DNA of 64,000 nucleotides from a bacterium (GTDB lineage Bacteria; Sysuimicrobiota; Sysuimicrobiia; Sysuimicrobiales; Segetimicrobiaceae): NCBI GenBank assembly GCA_035308905.1, contig DATGFS010000003.1, positions 418 to 64,417 of the forward strand, read 5' to 3'. Shown piece by piece: positions 47,065 to 54,671 of this stretch (position 1 is its first letter; each line of letters starts with the position of its first letter). The notes under the pieces were generated by a model. It saw only the letters and a program-made list of their open reading frames with translations, ran no database searches and was not told where the DNA came from. The position numbers and the translations under genes were made by a program.

Positions 47065-49377
47065 CTATCGGGCGGCGGGCGGAGCGGTCTCGCGGGTGAG
47101 CCCCCGCAAGAGGTGCACGGCCGCCTGCTTGTCGAGCGGCTCGTTGAGGTTGCCGCACTTCGGGGACTGGATGCAGGACGGACAGCCCGCCTCGCAGGGG
47201 CACGACTCGATGACTTCGAGCGTGCGGGCGAGCAGCCCGTCCAGCAGCTCGTACCCTTTTTCGGTGACGCCGACGCCGCCGGGATACCCGTCGTAGATAA
47301 AGATCGTCGCGCGACCGGTCTCCGGGTGCACCGGATAGCTCACCCCGCCGATATCCCACCGGTCGCACATCGCAAATAACGGCAAGAGGCCGATCGCCGC
47401 GTGCTCCACGGCGTGGATGCCGCCCGCAAGGTCGAGCCCGCGCGATTCGATCTCGGCCGCCACGGACGGCGGCAGCACGAGCCAGAGCGCGGTCGTGCGC
47501 AGTTCCTCCTCCGGCATCTCGAGCGAGCGGACGCCGAGCACCGTCTCGCTCGCCAGCTGCTTGCGCCGGTATTCGATTACCTGATTCGTCACCCGCACGT
47601 CCCCGAAGCACGCGACGGTCCCCGCCTCTCCCCCGATCGGCCGCGAGGCACGCTCGCCTTGGATCGCCAGGTCCGTGAGGACGCGGGCCTCCGTGTAGTA
47701 GCCGCCGTCGTCGCGCTCGACGAGCGCGTGGCGGGTGTCGAAGTCGAGCCGGAGGACGCGGTAGGCGTCGCCCTGATGCAGGTAGATCGCGCCCGGGTGC
47801 ACCTGCTCGAAGGCCCGCGACGCGTCGACCGTCCCGATGAGGCGCCTCGACTGCGCCTCCACGATCCGGTACGTATCGCCGGACGCCGCCCGGATGTCCA
47901 CCTGCCGCGCCGGGTACGCGCGCGTCCGTGGGTGCCAGCGTTCCCCGCGGCGGACCAGTTCGCCGAGACCTTCGAGGGCTTCGGCCACCTCTGTCAGACG
48001 CGGCCCGAAGAGCGCGATGTCGCTCGGACCGAGCGCCAGCTCGGCGGCCGCGCAGCGAAGATGCGCCGCGAGGATATACGGGTTCTCCGGGTCCACGGTG
48101 GCGTGCTCGACCGGCCGCCCGAAGAAGTACGCGGGCCGGCGCATCAGGTACTGGTCGAGCGCGTCCTCGAGGGCGATCAGCACGGCGAGCGCGTCGCCGC
48201 TCCCCCGCCCCGCCCGGCCCGTCCGCTGCCACACACTCGCCATGGTCCCAGGATAGCCGACCAGCACGGAGGCATCGAGCGCACCGACGTCGATGCCGAG
48301 TTCAAGGGCACTCGTGCTCACGACGCCGAGCAGTTCGCCCTTGAAGAGGCGCTGCTCGATCGCCCGCCGCTCCTTCGCGAGGTATCCGGCGCGGTACGGG
48401 CTCACCTGCGCGGCCAGCGCCGGGACGTCGGAGAGCGCATCCGCGGCGTACCGGTACACGAGCTCCGTGATCTTGCGCGCCTTGGTGAAGACGATCGTCC
48501 GGGCGGATTGGCGCACGAGCGAGGCGAGGAGCCACGCCGCTTCCGAATAGGGGCTCCGCCGCCGCATCTCCCGCCGCGCGAGCACCGGCGGATTCCACAT
48601 CACAAACCGGCGCGGTCCGCGCGGCGCGCCGTCGTCGTCCACGAGCCGCACCGGCCGGCCGGTCAGCCGCCCGCCGAACTGTTGCGGATTGGCGATCGTC
48701 GCCGACGTACAGATCACTTGCGGATCGGATCCGTGGACACGGCACGCGCGCCACAGCCGGCGCAGCACGAGCCCGACGTGGCTGCCGAAGACGCCGCGGT
48801 ACACGTGCATGTCGTCGAGCACGACGTACCGCAGCGACCGCAGAAACGGCCGCCACCACCGGAAGTGCTGCGGCAGGATCCCGACGTGCAGCATGTCTGG
48901 GTTGGTGAGGAGAATGCGGCCCGCCTGCCGGAGGCGCCGGCGCTCGTCGGCCGGCGTGTCGCCGTCGTAGGTCCCGAACACGAGTCCCGGGATCAGCGAC
49001 GCGAACTCGCCGATCGCGTCGGCCTGATCCTGGGCGAGGGCTTTGGTCGGGTAGATGAAGAGCGCCCGCGCGTCGGGATCGCGGACGAGTGTCTCGAGCA
49101 CCGGCAGGAGGTAGCACAGCGTCTTGCCGCTCGCGGTGCCGGTCGTCACGATGACCGACTCGCCGTCGCGGATCGCGTCCAGCGCCGCCGCCTGATGCGT
49201 GAAGAGCCGCCCCACCCCGCGCTGGGTTAACGCGTCCGCAAGCGGCGCCGGCAGCGGCTGCGCCGGGTCGGCGTACCGCGCTGGCCGCGCGGGAAACGTT
49301 TCCTCGTGCACGATCTGATCGCGATACCGCGGATCGCGCCGGATTTCATCGAGCACGCGGGCAACATCCATCGCCAC
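47065..49377 (-). CDS. DEXH-box helicase with C-terminal DUF1998 zinc-binding domain (MrfA/YprA-like)
   Basis: Helicase motifs ...VIVTTGTASGKTLCYLLPV... (Walker A) and DDMH (motif II). The C-terminal 4-Cys cluster CPCEAGCPSCIQSPKCGN is typical of DUF1998. 770 aa. Confidence 0.8.
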   Translation of the reverse strand: MAMDVARVLDEIRRDPRYRDQIVHEETFPARPARYADPAQPLPAPLADALTQRGVGRLFTHQAAALDAIRDGESVIVTTGTASGKTLCYLLPVLETLVRDPDARALFIYPTKALAQDQADAIGEFASLIPGLVFGTYDGDTPADERRRLRQAGRILLTNPDMLHVGILPQHFRWWRPFLRSLRYVVLDDMHVYRGVFGSHVGLVLRRLWRACRVHGSDPQVICTSATIANPQQFGGRLTGRPVRLVDDDGAPRGPRRFVMWNPPVLARREMRRRSPYSEAAWLLASLVRQSARTIVFTKARKITELVYRYAADALSDVPALAAQVSPYRAGYLAKERRAIEQRLFKGELLGVVSTSALELGIDVGALDASVLVGYPGTMASVWQRTGRAGRGSGDALAVLIALEDALDQYLMRRPAYFFGRPVEHATVDPENPYILAAHLRCAAAELALGPSDIALFGPRLTEVAEALEGLGELVRRGERWHPRTRAYPARQVDIRAASGDTYRIVEAQSRRLIGTVDASRAFEQVHPGAIYLHQGDAYRVLRLDFDTRHALVERDDGGYYTEARVLTDLAIQGERASRPIGGEAGTVACFGDVRVTNQVIEYRRKQLASETVLGVRSLEMPEEELRTTALWLVLPPSVAAEIESRGLDLAGGIHAVEHAAIGLLPLFAMCDRWDIGGVSYPVHPETGRATIFIYDGYPGGVGVTEKGYELLDGLLARTLEVIESCPCEAGCPSCIQSPKCGNLNEPLDKQAAVHLLRGLTRETAPPAAR

Positions 49378-49454
49378 GAACTTCGGGGCGGTTCGAACGA
49401 GGGCCTTGCGAACGGTCAGAGTACCGCGCCGACCGGTGAGGTTGTGATTTTCAC

Positions 49455-49964
49455 TCAGTGGCCGGCAAGTTTGAGCCCGATTGCCAGGAAACCGGAAAGC
49501 ATCACGCCAAGGAGCCAGTAGAATTGCCTGCGCATATCGACTCTGACGCCCACGATCGCAGCTTCTAGCGCACCCCGGACACTTGTAATGTCAGAATGTG
49601 ATGTATCCCGGACACCACTAATCTCGGCGTGCAGCGTATCCCGGGCATCGCTGATCTCGGTGTGTAGTGCATCCCGGGCACCCTTAATCTCGGCGTGCAG
49701 CGTATCCCGGACATCGCTGATCTCGGTGTGTAGTGCATCCCGGGCACCCCTAATCTCCGCGTGTAATGCGCTCTGGGCACCGCCGATCTCGGCGTGCAAC
49801 GCGTCACGGAGACCGTTGATCTCCGCACGAACTTGTGCGAAGCCGGTGTCCATCTTTTGTTCCAGCGTGGCGAGCCGGCCTTCCACGGCACCGAGACGCC
49901 TGTCGACCTGTTCGTAGGCGCCCTCAAGGCGGGCGGTCCTGAGTTCCCAAGCGTCTGCGGCCAT
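49455..49964 (-). CDS. Tail-anchored coiled-coil protein with seven tandem 11-aa repeats (LHAEIxGARDA-type)
   Basis: MAADAWELRTARLEGAYEQVDRRLGAVEGRLATLEQ..., then (DALHAEIGGAQ/SALHAEIRGAR/DALHTEISDVR/DTLHAEIKGAR...)x7, and a C-terminal TM FYWLLGVMLSGFLAIGLKLAGH. It is encoded by 33-bp units in a 66-bp higher-order tandem array. Confidence 0.6.
   Translation of the reverse strand: MAADAWELRTARLEGAYEQVDRRLGAVEGRLATLEQKMDTGFAQVRAEINGLRDALHAEIGGAQSALHAEIRGARDALHTEISDVRDTLHAEIKGARDALHTEISDARDTLHAEISGVRDTSHSDITSVRGALEAAIVGVRVDMRRQFYWLLGVMLSGFLAIGLKLAGH
49596..49830. repeat. Coding tandem repeat array, about 7 x 33 bp (alternating A/B units forming 66-bp super-repeats)
   Basis: Read directly: ...atctcggcgtgcagcgtatcccgggcatcgctg / atctcggtgtgtagtgcatcccgggcacccttaa... 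repeated with few substitutions. In frame within the 49455-49964 CDS. Confidence 0.7.
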
Positions 49965-50002
49965 CAGCGAGGACTCCCTTATTCAGAATCTTATCACGCC
50001 GG

Positions 50003-51961
50003 TCAGCCGGTGCTCGACGAAACGGCGTTAGCCCCACAGAATGTATTCAGACGTAGCCGCAGTTCCGGGGCCAACGTGTCTAGGGCTGTCCGTTCGATCA
50101 CAAAGACCGGCCGCACTTGTCTCACCCAACGGCGCGCCGCCCATTTCCGGACGACCGACTGCGCCTTATCGCCTCCACCGAGCAGTCGAAATACCAGCGC
50201 AGGCTGGACACGCATTTCGATGGGCCGGTCACCGCGACACACCACACGAGGTAAGACGCCGCCGCCCGAACTGCTCAGCACGGCCTCGATGAAGGCGCCG
50301 AAATCGTCATCCGGTGCCGCCTTGCCGCGAACGGCCGACCGAACGTCAGCGGCCGGCGCCGCTGACGTCGCCGCCTGCGGCGCGCTCGCGACAGTAGAGT
50401 CTGTGGACCGCTCCACCGATATAACCGTGAAAGGATCGGGACGCGGAGTGCTTTGATCCCGTCTCCGAACGTCCCGCGTGCGGCACCTTAGATGGTGCTT
50501 GACCGCGATCTCCACGGTGGACGGCGCCCTGTCCGAAACGATACGGGCGTACATCGGCCGGATATGGACTTGCGGACACCATACGCGTACCGGCGACGAT
50601 CCGGAACACCGGACAATGATCTCGTCTTCCATGACACCGATGCCTTGAAGGCTCTCGGGCCGCCTGAGGGGGACCTCGACCATTCGTGTCTGCTCGGTCT
50701 CCTGCCGGCCCATTCCACTCCAACCTCGGCTTCGCGATACTTGAGCGATCGTGGTCGTTCCAAGCGCACGGCTGAGCCGTTCGGCGTCTGGGTCGGCCAG
50801 CGACGGAAAGTAGATCTTGGTCACGAAATTGGCCGCGATCGCCGCCCACCCGGCGGCGCCGTAAACAGACTCGCCCTGCGCTTCGCTCTGCACTGTGGCG
50901 ACGATCGCGACCTCACGACTGCGAAAGGTCGCAAGGAGATCGGCCAAACCGGGCAGCGGCCCCCATGCCGGCAATTCCTCAAGCAGGTACACGACCGGAA
51001 CTGATTCGTCTCGGCCGCGAGGGCGCAACATCTCCGCCGCAAGCATCCGCATCAACAACTGGCACAGGCTCCGAAGGCGGGGCAGAGCGGCCTGCGGCAC
51101 ACCGACGAGCAGAAGCGTCGGCTCGCGGCGCAGCCGCGCCAACGCGATTTCATCCCACGACCGCGTGCCGCGCGGATCCGCCGTTGCCAGTGATACCCGC
51201 TCGTCACTCCAGGACTCCAGGCGGGCGGCGATTCCTTGCAAGATGCCGGCCCGGTCCTTCGGCAGCATCGCGCCGTACGCGCCAAGATGCTCGGCGATGA
51301 CCGCGGCGCGCGGATGTCCATGGACATACCCGGCCACGGCGTCCGGACCCGCCCCTGCCAGCGCCCGCAGCCGGGCCACCGACCGAGCCCCGCCGTCGGT
51401 CGCAAGCGCCCAGGTCAGCGCCGCGCAAACGTGGCGCTCGGCCCCAGCCCAATAACCGTAATCCGTGCTCTCGCTACTCTCGTCGGGAAAGAGATACGCC
51501 GCGAACCCGTATGCGTCGCCGAGCGACCGGCACGCCGCGAGCGGATTCCATCGCAGCGAGGAGCCGTCCAGCGGCGCGAACACAAGGACGTCGCGTCCCT
51601 GACGCCACCATTCGGAGGCTGCGCCCGCCAGGCTGTCGCGCTCACCATACTTGAGATCGAACGCCACGACGGAGACGCCGGCGCTTGCCGCGTCCAGCAA
51701 CACCGGCAGAGTCAGCGCGGTCGTCTTGTGGGCGCCCGTCAGGCCTGTGATCAGGACGTGCCGCGCGAGATCCGCGTTCGGCAGGCAAAGCCGGGGCCCC
51801 CAAAGGCACGGCGGAGGCGCTGCACGCGAAATCCGCCGCCACAAGGCCAGCGCCGGCGGCCAGGGCGGCGAATGGCCCAACGGAAACCATGCCCCAGAGG
51901 ACGGCCGCAGCCGGCGGCGCAGCTCTCTTCGCCCCGCGAACCGGGCGCCTGCCGGCGTCAT
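50003..51961 (-). CDS. Type IV secretion coupling protein (VirD4/TraG/TraD-like ATPase)
   Basis: Walker A HVLITGLTGAHKTTALTLPVLL. Region ...VYLLEELPAWGPLPGLADLLATFRSREVAIVATVQSEAQ... fits the T4CP C-terminal domain. Probable start MTPAGARFAG... at 51961, overlapping the upstream stop by 1 nt (TGATG). No N-terminal TM segment is evident. Confidence 0.75.
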   Translation of the reverse strand: MTPAGARFAGRRELRRRLRPSSGAWFPLGHSPPWPPALALWRRISRAAPPPCLWGPRLCLPNADLARHVLITGLTGAHKTTALTLPVLLDAASAGVSVVAFDLKYGERDSLAGAASEWWRQGRDVLVFAPLDGSSLRWNPLAACRSLGDAYGFAAYLFPDESSESTDYGYWAGAERHVCAALTWALATDGGARSVARLRALAGAGPDAVAGYVHGHPRAAVIAEHLGAYGAMLPKDRAGILQGIAARLESWSDERVSLATADPRGTRSWDEIALARLRREPTLLLVGVPQAALPRLRSLCQLLMRMLAAEMLRPRGRDESVPVVYLLEELPAWGPLPGLADLLATFRSREVAIVATVQSEAQGESVYGAAGWAAIAANFVTKIYFPSLADPDAERLSRALGTTTIAQVSRSRGWSGMGRQETEQTRMVEVPLRRPESLQGIGVMEDEIIVRCSGSSPVRVWCPQVHIRPMYARIVSDRAPSTVEIAVKHHLRCRTRDVRRRDQSTPRPDPFTVISVERSTDSTVASAPQAATSAAPAADVRSAVRGKAAPDDDFGAFIEAVLSSSGGGVLPRVVCRGDRPIEMRVQPALVFRLLGGGDKAQSVVRKWAARRWVRQVRPVFVIERTALDTLAPELRLRLNTFCGANAVSSSTG

Positions 51962-52548
51962 CAGCGGACGAACGGAATGCCGTAGCCTTCGGGCACTGCC
52001 CGAAACGTCACACCGCACCGCCACCCTTGCCACGTGATGAAGCCAAAAACGGCGTATCCGCGACGTTCGTACGTTCCGAGATCGGTGATTATCGGAACGA
52101 GCGCCTTCGCCGCTTCAAGGATCGAATCACCGGGTGTACGTGAGCCGGCCGCCAGCCGCCGGATCTCGGCGAGATCATTCGAATCGTCACGCGGCGCCGG
52201 CCAAATCGTCTCCGCGAAGCGGGTTCCGATCTCACGAGTACGCCCGATATCCGGAACGGCGGCCGCGTTTCCTGGTGCCCCCGGCGTCCCGGTGACAAGA
52301 ACCATGACCGCCCCCGGCCCGGGACACCCGGTCCAGAAGTACGGCACGAACGGATAGACGTCAACGTCCACAGCCGGCTGCGGCCAATGTCGGACGACCT
52401 CGACGCGCCCCGCCGCCGCGTCGATAAAGGACAGCACCGCGCCGGTGAAGTCCGCCGGGCTGTCTTGCCCCCGCCCCGGCATCGGTCCCGCGTAGACCGC
52501 GCAGAGCGCAACCGCGACCGCGAGGACCACCCTCCCCGGGAAGGTCAT
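51961..52548 (-). CDS. Secreted hypothetical protein (signal peptide) within T4SS cluster
   Basis: Probable start MTFPGRVVLAVAVALCAVYAGP (signal peptide). About 195 aa, no recognisable motif. The ORF-track N-terminal extension is Arg-rich and implausible. Confidence 0.45.
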   Translation of the reverse strand: MTFPGRVVLAVAVALCAVYAGPMPGRGQDSPADFTGAVLSFIDAAAGRVEVVRHWPQPAVDVDVYPFVPYFWTGCPGPGAVMVLVTGTPGAPGNAAAVPDIGRTREIGTRFAETIWPAPRDDSNDLAEIRRLAAGSRTPGDSILEAAKALVPIITDLGTYERRGYAVFGFITWQGWRCGVTFRAVPEGYGIPFVR

Positions 52549-52577
52549 CCGCGGCCGGACGCACCGTTCGTGGCCGG

Positions 52578-53621
52578 TCACTGCCAGGTCCGACGGTGCC
52601 CGCGCAGGACCGTTGCGTCCTGCGCGCCGCCAGGCGCGCCCGAGTCCGCCGCGCGTTGCTCGAGCGGGACGCCGGCACCACCGGCCACGTTGGCAGCGGG
52701 CGGTCGCGCCGCCGCCCGCGCGTACGCCGCTGCGATCTGACCGCGGGCCCAAACAGGGCCTGCGAGCACCGCCTCCCCGAACGACGCGCCGTCGACGAAC
52801 TGACCGACGAGACGTTCCACACGAAGCATTGCGTAGATTCCGATGACGGTACCGACAAGCATCAGAAACAGCAGCACGGTGAGCCGCCACAACAGCGACC
52901 CGAGGCCCGGAAGGCCGCCGGCGGCCTGTGGGTCGGCCGGAAGGGCGGCGGCCACCTCACGAAACGGCACGATCACCGCGAGGTACAGCGCGGCGGCGTG
53001 CACGAACCGCACGCAAAACACGACCAGACCAACCCGCACGATGATCATCGCCCAGCGCGCCGTCCAACGCTGTGTGAACGGCGTTGCGAGCAGCGCAATG
53101 GCAAGCGGAGCGAGAAAGATTGCCAGCAGCAGCGTCAGGTGAGCGAAGAACAGGATCGCCAGGTAGACGGCCGTGCCGACCCCAAACAGCACAACGCCCA
53201 GTCCCGCGCCGCCCGCAAGTACGGCCATGGCCCATGGATATGCGAACCATGCCGACGACACTCGAAGCATCTGACCGAACTGCGGAACCAGCGTACCTTG
53301 CACAAACTGGGCCCAGGTCTGGCCGATGAGTCCATTGAGGACGGCGGCACCGGCGCTGCGAAAGGTCTCGAAGCCGAGGAGAATCGCACGGGTCAGGCCC
53401 CCGATTCCGGACAACAGCCCGCCGGCCAGGATGAGGCGCGCAAACGCGCCCACGAGATCGGGCTCGCGGCCCGGCCGCGTCGAGACCGCGACGTGACCGA
53501 GCCAGAGCACGGACAGAACAGCCCATGCCAGGCGCATGACCGATTCGGTGGCGCCCGTCGAGATGAGCCAGGTGTCGAACGATACGAAGACGTCGCCGAT
53601 GCCGCGCTCGAGGCTGTTCAC
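52578..53621 (-). CDS. Polytopic membrane protein, VirB6/TrbL-like
   Basis: Six or more predicted TM helices with a Gly/Ala-rich C-terminal tail. Its position between VirB4 and VirD4 and its size (347 aa) fit VirB6/TrbL. Confidence 0.55.
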   Translation of the reverse strand: MNSLERGIGDVFVSFDTWLISTGATESVMRLAWAVLSVLWLGHVAVSTRPGREPDLVGAFARLILAGGLLSGIGGLTRAILLGFETFRSAGAAVLNGLIGQTWAQFVQGTLVPQFGQMLRVSSAWFAYPWAMAVLAGGAGLGVVLFGVGTAVYLAILFFAHLTLLLAIFLAPLAIALLATPFTQRWTARWAMIIVRVGLVVFCVRFVHAAALYLAVIVPFREVAAALPADPQAAGGLPGLGSLLWRLTVLLFLMLVGTVIGIYAMLRVERLVGQFVDGASFGEAVLAGPVWARGQIAAAYARAAARPPAANVAGGAGVPLEQRAADSGAPGGAQDATVLRGHRRTWQ

Positions 53622-53630
53622 CGCCGGCGG

Positions 53631-54671
53631 TCAATAGAGCGGATCCAGGATGATCTCGTCCGCCGGTTCGCCGGCGCCGTCCAGCAGTTGTGCCAAGAAT
53701 GCCGCACTGCCCCGTACCGTATCGGCAACACCCAGCCGCGCGTCGAGCGCATTGCGGTCTCGCTCCAGGTCCCGCTCGGTCAGCAAGCCGATGGTCGCGG
53801 CGAGGGCGCCGATTTGACCGCTCACCTGGGCGGTCTGCTGCATCAAGCCGGTAATCCGGCTCGCGAGCGCGGCCGTCAGCGCGGCCTGGTTGCGCAGGCC
53901 GGCGCCCGTGCCGGCGACCAGTAGCTCGATCCCCGCCCGCGAGCTGGGGAGGTTCTGGGCGCCCGCGACCAGTTGGTCGGCGGTGGCCTGCGCAGCCGTC
54001 ATCACCGCGGGCAGTGCAGTATCCTGTGCCGCGGCACCGGCCACCGCGGCGGTCGCGGTAGTCGCGACCTCTTGTTGCGCCGCGCCCGCAATGACTTGCT
54101 GATCCGCCGACGCAATCGTACCCGCCTCATGGGAGAGCTCAGGGCTTGCCGAAATGTCAACTTCGTGGCGCATCGCGGTCCCGTCCGTCGAATCCGGGGC
54201 CTGAAGCTTCGCCAGCGCGGCGGCGATGATGGCACGCCAGCGGTCGGGCAGCGCGGCAACATACGTCACGACGTCGGCCGGCCCGGCCGCGCCGGGCGTC
54301 TCGATCGGAAGCGGCAAGACAATTCGCGCCAGCGCGGCCGCAGCCGCCTGACGCAGTGCCTCTAGCCACCGCCACAACTCGTCCATGCTGCTTTGCACCG
54401 TGGCGAGTATCTGCTCCAGCGTGGCGGCGACGGCGTTGGGCTCAAAGGAATCGGCGGACGGAACGAATGGCGGGGTGCCGGACGGTCCGGGGCCCGGGAC
54501 CGGCGGCGGCCACGGAAGGAACTGCGGCGGAACGGCTTGAGCCACGTCCGCGAGGCCAGGCGGGACGGCCGCGGTCGCCGGACCGCCGAACGCCTCCGGC
54601 ATCGGCAGATTCACCACCGCGCCCCCCGCGGCGCCCAGTAATAGAACGGCGATTGTCCCGATTATCCGCAT
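53631..54671 (-). CDS. Secreted Ala/Gln/Thr-rich low-complexity protein (signal peptide), T4SS-associated
   Basis: Start MRIIGTIAVLLLGAAGGAVVNLP (ATG 54671 after GGAGGGA). Proline-rich segment PPQFLPWPPPVPGPGPSGTPPFVP, then long A/Q/T-rich helical repeats. Confidence 0.5.
   Translation of the reverse strand: MRIIGTIAVLLLGAAGGAVVNLPMPEAFGGPATAAVPPGLADVAQAVPPQFLPWPPPVPGPGPSGTPPFVPSADSFEPNAVAATLEQILATVQSSMDELWRWLEALRQAAAAALARIVLPLPIETPGAAGPADVVTYVAALPDRWRAIIAAALAKLQAPDSTDGTAMRHEVDISASPELSHEAGTIASADQQVIAGAAQQEVATTATAAVAGAAAQDTALPAVMTAAQATADQLVAGAQNLPSSRAGIELLVAGTGAGLRNQAALTAALASRITGLMQQTAQVSGQIGALAATIGLLTERDLERDRNALDARLGVADTVRGSAAFLAQLLDGAGEPADEIILDPLY

Noticed and set aside
49385-49420. tRNA-like fragment (cggggcGGTTCGAAcgagggcc) between the helicase gene and the repeat protein gene, possibly a remnant att site
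   Set aside because: I could not build a T-stem or acceptor stem around the GGTTCGAA motif on either strand. Probably a chance match.
49596-49830. Possible CRISPR array suggested by regularly spaced 33-bp repeats
   Set aside because: Units are directly adjacent with no unique spacers, alternate in a 66-bp A/B pattern, and are in frame within a CDS encoding 11-aa peptide repeats. This is a coding tandem repeat, not CRISPR.
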